Shown: positions 1-8,929, counted from the first letter of the stretch. The stretch: 46,331 nucleotides of DNA from Verrucomicrobiota bacterium (GCA_039027395.1 JBCCKK010000001.1:1-46331); one strand, 5' to 3'. The notes: a model not told the origin generated them from the letters alone. Numbers and translations: made by a program.

Positions 1-1
1 G

Positions 2-535
2 ATTGGAGTCCTTGTGATCGACAACCTTTCTAGTGTTTCAAACATTAGCGAAAACGATAACGACGAATGGATGAAGCTCGGAGACTGGCTTCTCGACTTC
101 CGGAGGAAGGGTATTTCCGTTGTCGTTGTCCATCATGCGGGAAGAAACGGAAATATGAGAGGAGCGAGCCGCCGGGAAGATCCTGCCTTTTGGATTATTC
201 GACTGGATGACTCTAAAGAACGAACTTCGACCGATGACGGAGCACGGTTCGTCTCAACGTTCACGAAATGCCGAAACAGTCGGCTATGGCCCACGCCTCT
301 CGACTGGCACGTTTCCGCCGATCAAGATGGTGAGTTCAGCCTCGAATACGAGAACGCGGGGACCGATGAACTTGTGTATCAGTGCATCAAAGACGGTCTT
401 GATCGGTGTTCCGACATTGCGACGGAGTTGGATCTAACCAAGGGCACAGTCTCAAAGTCAGCTCAGAAACTTGAATCAAGCGGACGGATCTCGATAAGCG
501 GGAAGGGTAACCAATCGAGATATTCCGCGAACTAG
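2..535 (+). CDS. C-terminal part of a RepA/AAA_25-type (RecA-fold) replicative helicase ATPase with a C-terminal winged-helix-like tail; the 5' end lies outside the window
   Basis: The frame is open from position 2 (IGVLVIDNLSS, Walker-B-like). The segment ISVVVVHHAGRNGNMRGASRRED matches the HH..K/R...RG.S region typical of AAA_25/RepA helicases of plasmids and P4-like elements. The tail ATELDLTKGTVSKSAQKLESSGRI looks like a wHTH. Confidence 0.6.
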   Translation: MGVLVIDNLSSVSNISENDNDEWMKLGDWLLDFRRKGISVVVVHHAGRNGNMRGASRREDPAFWIIRLDDSKERTSTDDGARFVSTFTKCRNSRLWPTPLDWHVSADQDGEFSLEYENAGTDELVYQCIKDGLDRCSDIATELDLTKGTVSKSAQKLESSGRISISGKGNQSRYSAN

Positions 536-537
536 CG

Positions 538-709
538 GGAAACGAATCCCATACCCTTCGTTTCCATGTTTTCCCCGTTCGTTTCCTGCCTTGTTTCCGA
601 AAGATCCTTTGTAGATCAGGGAACTCACCCGTTCGTTTCCACCTTGTTTCCCCGTTCGTTTCCTCTCGTTTCTTGTTTCCCCTTTATAGGGAGGAAACGG
701 GAAACGAAG
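538..709. repeat. Iteron array: direct GTTTCC-core repeats flanked by inverted copies; candidate origin or binding-site cluster
   Basis: Three exact copies of CCCGTTCGTTTCC (574-586, 628-640, 651-663) and a variant CCCTTCGTTTCC (554-565). TTGTTTCC occurs at 591-598, 644-651 and 673-680, and GTTTTCC at 568-574. Spacing within clusters is about 11-12 bp. Inverted copies are GGAAACGAA (538-546) and GGAAACGGGAAACGAAG (693-709). Confidence 0.7.
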
Positions 710-961
710 CAAAAGCAACACCGCTAATGCCAACACGCGATCAATTCCAAAGTCGCCACAGATCAGCTTTCAGCTCAACAAGGCACAAGCGAAGGCAGTA
801 GTTGATTCTGCGATGATCCTATCGCCTGAGCGACGAAGGACAATTACTGGTCAAGGGAGGCACAAGGGAAAAATCAATTTGGCACATCTCCTGCGTCGAA
901 TTGCGCTTTACAAGCTGAGCCTCAGTCTGCGAGCCTCAGAAACTATTATCCAAATAGCATT

Positions 962-1303
962 ATGAACTCTCAAAAATCGATCTTCCTCTCGACCATCTTG
1001 ATGGCCGCTACTCTATGCTTTTCGATCATACCTTCATACGGAGAAGACTGGCGCCCAAACAACGGGAAGATACGGATTCAATATCTAAATGCAGTTAATA
1101 CTAACGAAGGAAAACGAATTACCGTAAGAATGACAAATACCTTTTTAGCTGCTGATGTCTATGTTCGGATTTCTTCAACTAATGCGATACGGAATCACAA
1201 TTGGTCTGGCACCATCTATGCGCAAGAATCAATCAATCCTGCTTTCAGCTTTCGATCGGTGGACCATCCGGTAATCAGGCTAGAGTATCGGATAAAGGAT
1301 TGA
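962..1303 (+). CDS. Small secreted hypothetical protein (113 aa)
   Basis: N-terminal signal-peptide-like segment MNSQKSIFLSTILMAATLCFSIIPSYG. No recognised domain. Confidence 0.45.
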   Translation: MNSQKSIFLSTILMAATLCFSIIPSYGEDWRPNNGKIRIQYLNAVNTNEGKRITVRMTNTFLAADVYVRISSTNAIRNHNWSGTIYAQESINPAFSFRSVDHPVIRLEYRIKD

Positions 1304-1418
1304 GGCCCTCTGATTTAAGCTCATGGCACATTTCCGAATTCGGCTGAGTTCAGAAAGATGTCAAACTCTATAAGACTTGGGCGATAGCGGAATAGAGAAG
1401 CCGAACGGAGGGGCTAAA

Positions 1419-1634
1419 TCACGACCACGGAGGCTCAAGATACCGCCGCCATTCGGGAACGGTTCGACCCCGCTCCCGTTCCTCCCTCTCGGCAAAGTGG
1501 CCTTCCTGGCGTTCCCGGAAAAGTCGGTTAGCCCGCTCAAGTGTTTTCTTCCAATCCGCGTTCGCTGAATCTCCCTGCAGGATTCCCGCCGTGTCATTTC
1601 GGACTGTGATTAGCTCATGCTTTTTACTGTTCAC
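1419..1634 (-). CDS. Hypothetical small protein with weak resemblance to a Phd/YefM-type antitoxin; possibly a remnant
   Basis: GTG-initiated ORF. The frame stays open upstream to an ATT at 1670 (IGFRSELSEIVLVNSKKHELITVRNDTAGIL), which loosely resembles the antitoxin pattern (L)SE...V......ItrnG...a.L. No partner toxin ORF lies downstream. Confidence 0.2.
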   Translation of the reverse strand: MNSKKHELITVRNDTAGILQGDSANADWKKTLERANRLFRERQEGHFAEREERERGRTVPEWRRYLEPPWS

Positions 1635-2133
1635 AAGAACAATTTCACTCAGCTCGGAGCGGAATCCAATCTAAACAGGAAAAGGAGTAGTCTTGTTGTT
1701 GCGTTCCCCTAGGAGACACCACAACTAGAAACTCTCAAAAGACGACCCTGACGAGGGGGGGTGGTCCCGGAAAGAACCTAAATCCCACAAATCGAGCTAT
1801 TCCCGCCCTATTTCGGGCATTTCCGTTACCACTTTGGGGTAATCGTGGCGCATTCGGTCCCTTTTTTCATTTCTTAATCTGACAATACTGGAGCTTCCAA
1901 TGCGGTTGTTGAGTGATGTTATCTACCTCAACTCACTGGCACCTGCGCGTTCTGTTCGGGACTGATATATGAAGGGTTTTCAGAAATAACCTTGAAAACA
2001 AAAGAGCTGGCGCCAATTCTAAAGACGATGTATCCGCTTGGATATCAAATCCTGAGATGATACTGATGTTGATTGTTCTCTCGATTGAGCAATTACAAGC
2101 GCTTTAAGTCTTCGAACTACAAAAAGAAAATAA

Positions 2134-2361
2134 ATGGCTGCTAGTACAATAATAGTAAGTTATCCCGATGGGTCACCTGCTGCGAATACACGAGTCTCAC
2201 TTTTATTCGACCATGGAGGGATGACACCCAATCACTTCACCAACTCGCAAGGTGAAGTAACGATCCGCCACTCAGGAATCGGCAAAGCTACAATATTTGT
2301 GAATGGCAATCGATCTGGAGCAATGAACGCCCCTGGGACATCATCTGCTGTAATACAATAG
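2134..2361 (+). CDS. Small hypothetical protein (75 aa), beta-rich, possibly CarboxypepD_reg-like
   Basis: The ORF has an A-rich leader. The sequence pattern (SYPDGSPAANTRVSL...NSQGEVTI) resembles small Ig-like/carboxypeptidase-regulatory folds. This is weak evidence. Confidence 0.35.
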   Translation: MAASTIIVSYPDGSPAANTRVSLLFDHGGMTPNHFTNSQGEVTIRHSGIGKATIFVNGNRSGAMNAPGTSSAVIQ

Positions 2362-2417
2362 CATTTGGATCAGCTATAACACTGATAAACGATCAAAAGA
2401 ACTTCATTTCAAGCAGA

Positions 2418-3233
2418 ATGAAATTTACGTTTAACCTAAATGTAAGCGAAATCCGATCCAGTGAGGTTGGAAACGTTCTTTTCTTCGTAGAAAAGGGAAG
2501 GAACGTTAAATCCGAGGGTTTTGTCTTTTCTCGAGACATTTGTAGTTTGGCGGGAGGCATGGGTAGAAGTCACGCTACGGATGCGAAGGAAGGGATAGAA
2601 AAACTCAATCTTGGGGTAACATACGATGTTTATACTGCGCATGTAGATTATGTGCTTGGAGCTACAATCGGGGATGCAAATCGAAGGATTGGTCGATTAA
2701 CTGTGCCTAAAACTGGAGAGGCCGCTTACTATATCCTCGATGCTAAAGACGAATCTGGTCGAGAGAAGTTTGTCGTCGATTGCCTTGCGCCGTTGGCTGT
2801 TCTTGATGAGGAATTTGGCAAGGCGGTCTTGTCTTATTCGTGGAGCATTTTGAACCGTTACACCCAGAATCTTGAAAATGATCCAGGAATGAACTTTGGG
2901 CAAACCGAGGAATACGTCCGCTCCTACCTTCGAACTCATAAGTCATTAAAATTGGTTGCGCAAACTATAGGAGCCTCAAATGATTACCGAGAGCAGAAGA
3001 AATATGTTAATCGCATACTAGAAAAGACAGAGGCTTGGCGAATAGAAAATCCGAATTTTAAGGAGGAACAATCTGACTATAAGCGCTCAAAAGGGTGCGG
3101 TTGTTTCTCAGTGCTGATGCTGGTCGTCTTGATTATTCTCTGCTTTGTTATAATCGAACACAAAGATTCTCTCGGCAACGAACAAGGCGCGGATTATCAA
3201 TTGCCTGCCCTCGTAGAGTGGAGCTCCAAATGA
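2418..3233 (+). CDS. Hypothetical protein (271 aa) with a C-terminal transmembrane anchor
   Basis: Long ORF starting 57 nt after the previous ORF. The hydrophobic stretch CFSVLMLVVLIILCFVII lies near the C-terminus. No recognised domain. Confidence 0.5.
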   Translation: MKFTFNLNVSEIRSSEVGNVLFFVEKGRNVKSEGFVFSRDICSLAGGMGRSHATDAKEGIEKLNLGVTYDVYTAHVDYVLGATIGDANRRIGRLTVPKTGEAAYYILDAKDESGREKFVVDCLAPLAVLDEEFGKAVLSYSWSILNRYTQNLENDPGMNFGQTEEYVRSYLRTHKSLKLVAQTIGASNDYREQKKYVNRILEKTEAWRIENPNFKEEQSDYKRSKGCGCFSVLMLVVLIILCFVIIEHKDSLGNEQGADYQLPALVEWSSK

Positions 3234-3315
3234 AAGTTTTTGATCCACAACCGTGAAGTTGGAGCGCGCCATCGGCAGCCACTGACATCGCTTTGGCGTT
3301 GGTAGGATTCAAGGC

Positions 3316-3690
3316 TCACTCCCGAAACAGGGCAGCTAAGTCGTCGTCGCTGAATTCCTCCCGAACTTCCCGCCAAGCTTCCACGGCAAGCCGGAACCGA
3401 TCCCGCGCACCGGCACAGTCACCCGATTGCCACATCGCTCGTCCCCTTGCGTGATGAAAGCGGGCGACTGTCTTGCGCTCCTCGTTGCCAGCATGAACGA
3501 GAATTTTTGCAATCTCCTCACCCAAGTCCCATTCAGACAAAGCCGAAAGGATGCGAAGCCTGAGATCAAGAACAGGGGCGGTTGTTTTTTCTTCCGGTGG
3601 GAGTGATTCGATGATCTCCCAGGAATCCGAAAACATGCCCAGCTCAAAATAGCCGGTTGCCGTTCTTATCAATTCTTGAGGCGAGTCCAT
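3316..3690 (-). CDS. Hypothetical helical (TPR-like) protein (124 aa)
   Basis: Last gene of the minus-strand operon 5945->3316. Composition suggests helical repeats. No motif recognised. Confidence 0.45.
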   Translation of the reverse strand: MDSPQELIRTATGYFELGMFSDSWEIIESLPPEEKTTAPVLDLRLRILSALSEWDLGEEIAKILVHAGNEERKTVARFHHARGRAMWQSGDCAGARDRFRLAVEAWREVREEFSDDDLAALFRE

Positions 3691-3711
3691 CCGGAAGCGT
3701 AAATTGTCACG

Positions 3712-4623
3712 CTAGTGTTCGGGCATTTTTAACCACATCACCACGGGCCGATGATCACTCACGAATCGCTCCGTTGGCAGAACATAAGATCTCCCGAATA
3801 TGGTTCCCTCGCTTGCTCGAATAAAGAAGTGATCAAAATCGACGTCTGGATAACGACCGTCTGACAGCCACGTGACCAAATCTTCTCCGACCATTCCACG
3901 AAAGCCCCACTGAAAACCTGAGTCGAGGATTATTGCTCCGGTTTTGTCTTCGACGAAGTTCTCAGCTATCAGAGAGGTGTTGAAGTCGCCAGCGAGAACT
4001 ACAGAAACTGATTTCGCTCCATCCGTAAGATGAATCCTTTTCGCGTCTTCAACGTGGGACAGCAATTGCCTCGCCGATTCCTCACGCTTTGGGATGCTGG
4101 CAGGGATACCCCCAACGTTGCTTTTAAAATGGACACTGTAGACAAGGAGGAGGTGACCGTCGAAATCGTATGCCGCATATACGAAGCCCCTTGGAGGCGT
4201 TATCTCGGCTTCCTCAAATTCTTCCGCAAAAGCAGAAACAGCGTCAACCCTGCTAATAATGGCAATCTCCAGGGCCCCTGAGAAATCACTCACAAACTGC
4301 ATTCGGTAGCCTGGTAGCAGTTCCAGTAATCGCTCCACCGCTCCCGCCCCCTTTACTTCTTGGAGGCAAACGATCTCCGCTCCCGTCTCGTTGAGCTGCG
4401 CTGCGACCTCTTTGATCTGCGCTTCCTCTGCATCCGCAGTGGTGGTTCGTGAGTTCCCCGGAAACCATTGTAGGTTCCAAGTTAAAAGCGAGACCCCTTC
4501 GTTGAGTTCAGGGATTGGTAGCCCGGTGATCCGAGAGTCTGTTCCTTCCTTTCCGCTGACATTAGATCCATACAGCCAGGATAAACAAAACAGTAGAGTG
4601 AATGCAAAGATCCTGAAGCCCAT
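3712..4623 (-). CDS. Secreted endonuclease/exonuclease/phosphatase (EEP) family protein
   Basis: Signal peptide MGFRIFAFTLLFCLSWLYG. EEP motifs present: LLTWNLQWF, VCLQEV, LAGDFNTS, SDHRPVV. Confidence 0.75.
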   Translation of the reverse strand: MGFRIFAFTLLFCLSWLYGSNVSGKEGTDSRITGLPIPELNEGVSLLTWNLQWFPGNSRTTTADAEEAQIKEVAAQLNETGAEIVCLQEVKGAGAVERLLELLPGYRMQFVSDFSGALEIAIISRVDAVSAFAEEFEEAEITPPRGFVYAAYDFDGHLLLVYSVHFKSNVGGIPASIPKREESARQLLSHVEDAKRIHLTDGAKSVSVVLAGDFNTSLIAENFVEDKTGAIILDSGFQWGFRGMVGEDLVTWLSDGRYPDVDFDHFFIRASEGTIFGRSYVLPTERFVSDHRPVVMWLKMPEH

Positions 4624-4626
4624 ACC

Positions 4627-5031
4627 TCAACCTCCCTTCATAGCTGGCAGATTCTCCAACAAAATTTCCAGCGCCTCGTAGTCAGGCGGTGCGAACTCAA
4701 AACGGGAAAATTCCTCCGTATTAACCATTCGAATTTCAACATGCTCTAACGCTTCTGGCTCGCCTTCGATAATTTGGCAATGGATCGGATAAAACGCTAT
4801 CTCAAGTCTCCCTTGCCGAAATACATATGGAGGAAACTCACGTATTGGCATTACTTCAACGCCAAGTTCTTCGCGCAATTCTCTGATGATCGCCTGCGAT
4901 GCGGTTTCGCCGCCTTCCACCTTTCCTCCGGGAAACTCCCATAGCCCTCCAAAATTTTTCGACGCGTCGCGCTTCGCAACAAGGATTTTCCCGTTGCCAT
5001 CAAGAAGATACCCCATCACAACCTTCATCAT
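4627..5031 (-). CDS. Nudix hydrolase, MutT/NudG-like (d)NTP pyrophosphohydrolase
   Basis: Canonical Nudix box GGLWEFPGGKVEGGETASQAIIRELREELGV. The start ATG overlaps the upstream stop codon (ATGA, 5028-5031). Confidence 0.85.
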   Translation of the reverse strand: MMKVVMGYLLDGNGKILVAKRDASKNFGGLWEFPGGKVEGGETASQAIIRELREELGVEVMPIREFPPYVFRQGRLEIAFYPIHCQIIEGEPEALEHVEIRMVNTEEFSRFEFAPPDYEALEILLENLPAMKGG

Positions 5032-5945
5032 CGTAGAGCCTTTCTATGGAGACTGAGAAACGGTTTCATACCATCGGTAACAGTAATCGCAGCCTTGCGG
5101 TTAATTCCTACCGCATCGATTTCGTGATCAGTTAGGAGTTTTGAAAGAATGATTGAACCGTCGTCCTGAAAACTGATGAGGTGGCGGTCAAAAAGAGCGT
5201 CATAATTTGGGGATAGAAGGATCCCATTCTCAACGTCCAATCTATCTTCTTCAGAAGATTGCCGCCATGCCAAGATATGGCTGGCAATCAGAATTTCTTG
5301 GATACCACATCCAGTTACCGCGCACTGACCATCGAACTTTTCTAGAATCTGTTGGCGATAGTATCCTTGCCCAACGCGAGAGGTGACCAAACCTTGGCGT
5401 TCAGTTCGATTTGGCTTCCGATAACGAAACGGACCACTTCCCTGCGTTCCTTTTTCGCTTCGATCGTTTACCCTTTCGAGGATAAACCTAAGTGCGTCGC
5501 GCTGCTTGCCATTCCGATCCGGCGTTAAGAAGCTCTCGTATTCAACGCATCGCATCTCCCCTTCAAACCTCACGTAGGCCTTGCGAACATATTGAAAAAG
5601 GAGGAGGCGCCGTCCGTTCTTTTCGTGGTCCCGGATGGCAGAGTTGCCACCTCTCCATTGCATGTCGCCAACTTGTCCCTCGCCTGTATATCGGAAAGTA
5701 CTCGGATCAACCCACCCATCTTCATAACCGTAGTTCTCGCCAGCTTCGCTTGAGAAGATCATCACTACAGCAGCATTTTTCGGAGTGCTTATTCCCCCCT
5801 GTCGTTGTCCTCCGAAATGGTCTTGGATATCGGTTCTCTTGTAGACTTCCCCTACCTCCAGGTTCATTGGGGTATTGAAACCCGCCAACGAGAGAATTAA
5901 CAACGAATTCTTGGCGTCACTTTCCTCCGGGTCTCTCTCGGGCAC
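5028..5945 (-). CDS. SRA(YDG)-like domain fused to an HNH_2 nuclease; putative modification-dependent (type IV) restriction endonuclease
   Basis: The N-terminal half matches the SRA/YDG pattern: GGISTP...AVVMIFSS...YGYEDGW...FRYTGEGQVGDMQW.GGNSAI...RLLLFQ. The C-terminal part matches the HNH_2 pattern: CAVTGCG...ASHILAW...NGILLSPNYDALFDRHLISF. Confidence 0.7.
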   Translation of the reverse strand: MPERDPEESDAKNSLLILSLAGFNTPMNLEVGEVYKRTDIQDHFGGQRQGGISTPKNAAVVMIFSSEAGENYGYEDGWVDPSTFRYTGEGQVGDMQWRGGNSAIRDHEKNGRRLLLFQYVRKAYVRFEGEMRCVEYESFLTPDRNGKQRDALRFILERVNDRSEKGTQGSGPFRYRKPNRTERQGLVTSRVGQGYYRQQILEKFDGQCAVTGCGIQEILIASHILAWRQSSEEDRLDVENGILLSPNYDALFDRHLISFQDDGSIILSKLLTDHEIDAVGINRKAAITVTDGMKPFLSLHRKALR

Positions 5946-6116
5946 AGTGGAGCCCGATAAGCTACGGAGTGTATCCCGTGGAAGTTCCCGCCCCCCTTTA
6001 GATAGCGTCCCAATGGGACCAGTAATCCGATTCTACCGGCTCAAAAATGGCAAAGGAATGGCAAAGGACTTTTCCTCCAATAGAAAGGTTTCCCGTAACT
6101 CGCTCAGCATCAAAGA

Positions 6117-6160
6117 GCCATCTGTCGGACTCGAACCGACGACCTGCAGATTACAAATCT
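6117..6160 (-). other. 3' fragment of tRNA-Thr (anticodon UGU), running from the anticodon stem to the acceptor 3' strand; att-site remnant, not a functional tRNA
   Basis: The minus strand reads AGA-TTTGTAA-TCTGC-AGGTC-GTCGG-TTCGAGT-CCGAC-AGATGGC. This covers the anticodon loop with TGT, the variable loop, the T arm and the acceptor 3' strand. No matching 5' acceptor strand (GCCATCT), D arm or complete 5' anticodon-stem strand lies upstream. Confidence 0.75.
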
Positions 6161-6252
6161 CAATTTGACACAAATTTTCTAATTATTAGAATAAAGGCAT
6201 AATAGGTTTAAGATACTTATTATGAATTGCTTATATCAATAATTTGCTATGA

Positions 6253-7629
6253 ATGTCGGAACAGAAAAGAACAAGTCGGAACAACAAAAGGGGGACAGAA
6301 AGGGGACAGCAAAACTCCGCTGAGAGTTCCGAGAGACTGCGAAAGCACCCCAAAACCCATCAAGATTATTGGAAGGAGCGCCTCAGGAAGCGAACCTACA
6401 AAAGGGAGGGAATCATCCATGAGGTTAGCGACTGGCAGATCCGCATGAAATACGCAGGTCGGGAAGCCTGGTTTAATCTCAAGACTGCCAACAAGGCGGC
6501 CGCCTCTGTCAAAGCACGCGACATCTACTTGGCAATTGTCGCGGAAGGCTGGGATGCAGCGCTGGACCGATTCAAGGACACCCCTCAGAAGAAAGAGCAT
6601 GAACCCACTATCGGTGAGTTCATTGAGGAAGTGACAAAAGTCTCTTCTCTTCGTCCTGGAACCCTCCACGAATACACCAAGAAGCTGAGACTGATCGCCG
6701 GAGAGATATGCGGGATACCGAAGACAGCAAAGCGATTTGACCCCTACAATGGAGGACGGGAGCGATGGCTAGAACGAGTGGATGGCCTCAAACTGAATCG
6801 CATCACTCCTAAGAAAGTACAGCAGTGGAAGCTTCAATACTTGAAAGAGCGAGAAGGCAACCCGGCAGAAGAGCGCTCCGCTCGGGTAACCGTGAACTCA
6901 AGTATTCGTTGTGCGAAGTCCCTCTTCAGCGAGAGGCTTCTTAAATTCATCGATTTGAAGCTTCCCGATCCCCTACCATTTGAGGGAGTTGAATTTGAAA
7001 GGGTCGGGAGAGCAACAAGGTATCGAAGTGAAATCGATCCCGCAGCGTTAACGAAGGATGCCTTTGAAGAACTTCGAGAATCTGCTCCGGAGCAATTTAA
7101 GATTTTCCTTCTCGCGATCACGGTTGGATTACGCAGAGCAGAAATCGATACATTGGTATGGCGTCAAATCGACGACGCTAACGCAGTGATCCGTATCGAG
7201 ACCCATGAATATGCGCAGCTGAAAACGGCAAGTTCCGAGGAGGAAGTTGATGTGGATCCAAGAGTCTTATCGATCTTGAAAGAATTCGAGAGAGACAAGA
7301 CCAGCGAGTTCGTGATCGAATCTCCCGTGCCTTTTAGAAAAGGGACGAACTATCGTTTCTACCGATGCCAAAGAGAGTTTCAGCATCTGATTAAATGGCT
7401 CCGCAGAAAAGGAGTGAAGGACCGAAAGCCGATTCATGCCCTTCGCAAGGAATTTGGCTCACTGATCTGTGAACAAGCGGGAATCTACGCAGCAAGCAAT
7501 CAGCTCAGGCATTCCAGCATCTTGCTGACAAGGGACTACTACGTCGACAAGAAAGCCAAAACCACCGTGCAACTGGAAGAAATGCTCGGACGAAAATCCG
7601 AGAACGAAGATTCCAAAGATAATTCATAG
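6253..7629 (+). CDS. int: Tyrosine-type site-specific integrase
   Basis: Catalytic motifs present: GLRRAEIDTLVW (Arg I), HALRKEF (His-x-x-Arg), LRHSSILLTRDYY (His/Tyr). The gene lies about 90 nt from the tRNA-fragment att core. Confidence 0.85.
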   Translation: MSEQKRTSRNNKRGTERGQQNSAESSERLRKHPKTHQDYWKERLRKRTYKREGIIHEVSDWQIRMKYAGREAWFNLKTANKAAASVKARDIYLAIVAEGWDAALDRFKDTPQKKEHEPTIGEFIEEVTKVSSLRPGTLHEYTKKLRLIAGEICGIPKTAKRFDPYNGGRERWLERVDGLKLNRITPKKVQQWKLQYLKEREGNPAEERSARVTVNSSIRCAKSLFSERLLKFIDLKLPDPLPFEGVEFERVGRATRYRSEIDPAALTKDAFEELRESAPEQFKIFLLAITVGLRRAEIDTLVWRQIDDANAVIRIETHEYAQLKTASSEEEVDVDPRVLSILKEFERDKTSEFVIESPVPFRKGTNYRFYRCQREFQHLIKWLRRKGVKDRKPIHALRKEFGSLICEQAGIYAASNQLRHSSILLTRDYYVDKKAKTTVQLEEMLGRKSENEDSKDNS

Positions 7630-7639
7630 CCCCCTAAAA

Positions 7640-7834
7640 ATGGTCTACCACAATATCGTTTCCGAATATCCTCTGATGACTCGAAAAGAAGTCGCCGCTC
7701 TCTTGAACGTTCACCCTGGCAGTGTAAAGCGCTACCAACTCAATGGCTCGCTCCCTGCAATCCACATCAACAGCAGAGTTCTCCGATACCGGCGTGAGGA
7801 CGTCGATGCATTTCTTCGTAGCGCAATGATTTGA
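7640..7834 (+). CDS. xis: Excisionase/AlpA-like HTH DNA-binding protein
   Basis: LMTRKEVAALLNVHPGSVKRYQLNGSLPAI...RYRREDVDAFL matches the MerR-like excisionase HTH pattern. The gene is directly downstream of int. The start may instead be Met13 (7676). Confidence 0.65.
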   Translation: MVYHNIVSEYPLMTRKEVAALLNVHPGSVKRYQLNGSLPAIHINSRVLRYRREDVDAFLRSAMI

Positions 7835-8634
7835 TGCGTTGCCTTGTTATTTGTGCCGAAAACGATGTCCTGTATTTCGTCGCACCGGAAACAGGAGAAC
7901 TGCTCAAGCAATACACCCTGCCTACACTGAGAGTGAAGCGCTCTCCAGAAACTAGCGCCATCAAAGAACATCGCCTCAGATCAGCTCATCAATCCCTGAT
8001 GATGCGGCTCGCACGGAAAGGAATTGATGTTGATAGGATCCCTGGAATGACCGTGAAAATCGGCAAGACGAATTTTCCAAGCCTGAAGAGGAAAAGTCGA
8101 CGCCCCGTGCTAACGGAAAGCTTGGAGAGTTTCGCGAAAGCCGGGATCAAAGCAATTCGAAAACAGCGTCCTGAGGAATACAGAGAATTCACCCTACAGT
8201 TTCGCCAGTCATGCAGGAGAAGCCGAGTGCTTCTGGCAAAATACGTGCTGTTGGGACGCGACCGACATCGAGTATCGAAAGTCGCATCCTTGTTAATCGG
8301 GAAAAACCTACGCCAGCTGCGAAGAAATATCCCTTCCCCATCCGAGATGGGCCTGAACACCGAATGGAGACCGTTTCATTGGAGATCCGAAGCACTTGCG
8401 ATCTATGCAGATCGTGAAAACCGAGGAGCCAAATCTTATGCTTCTCATTGGGGAAAGAAATATCGGACAGCACAACTGCAGAGTTCGATTCTTGAGCAAA
8501 AGCTAACAACAGGCCGGAAATTCGGAGCCACTCACCGCAACTACAAGCATCAGCATCGACGAGCCAACCTCCGGTTCGATTGTCAGCACGAGCACCAGCA
8601 TCGCATTCGATTGGTTGAACAACTGCTATTCTAG
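7831..8634 (+). CDS. Hypothetical, very basic protein (267 aa)
   Basis: Its start (TTG 7831 / ATG 7834) overlaps the xis stop codon. The protein is Arg/Lys/His-rich. No domain recognised. Confidence 0.45.
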   Translation: MMRCLVICAENDVLYFVAPETGELLKQYTLPTLRVKRSPETSAIKEHRLRSAHQSLMMRLARKGIDVDRIPGMTVKIGKTNFPSLKRKSRRPVLTESLESFAKAGIKAIRKQRPEEYREFTLQFRQSCRRSRVLLAKYVLLGRDRHRVSKVASLLIGKNLRQLRRNIPSPSEMGLNTEWRPFHWRSEALAIYADRENRGAKSYASHWGKKYRTAQLQSSILEQKLTTGRKFGATHRNYKHQHRRANLRFDCQHEHQHRIRLVEQLLF

Positions 8635-8929
8635 AAAATAAATCTGCCTATCCGTCATCCCACGAAAAAGAGAAAACTCCCATTTTCTCTTCGAAGGAGA
8701 GATCCCCACCTCTCGCATCCTGTAAAAGGGAGGAGTCAAGAAGTCCCGCAACCCTGCCATGGGAACCGGGGCACGGGTGAGGACAGTTCTTTACGCCGAC
8801 CAACTGGATGAGTTGATAGTTGAAACGTTCTACCCAGCATTTCTATCCGAAAGGGACGACGGCAGGTTGAGCTTTGAAATAAGGTATCGGTATTGAATCC
8901 ACCCCAAACCCCAATCCAACGACCACTGA

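Noticed and set aside
538-709. CRISPR-like array
   Set aside because: The repeat units are only 8-13 bp, are partly contiguous with no uniform spacers, occur in both orientations, and no cas genes are present.
476-736. 86-aa minus-strand ORF overlapping the iteron array
   Set aside because: The ORF is made of the short DNA repeats themselves, which yields repetitive low-complexity peptide (GNERK...). It is better explained as non-coding iterons.
1755-1761. G7 homopolymer as a phase-variation switch
   Set aside because: It lies in a long non-coding stretch about 370 nt from the nearest downstream start and is not within a recognisable promoter spacer or coding region.
6100-6195. Possible intact tRNA gene on the minus strand
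   Set aside because: Only the anticodon loop, variable loop, T arm and 3' acceptor strand are present. The sequence upstream (CTAATAATTAGAAAATTTGTGTCAAATTG) has no complementary 5' acceptor strand or D arm, and the 5' anticodon-stem strand matches in only 3 of 5 positions.
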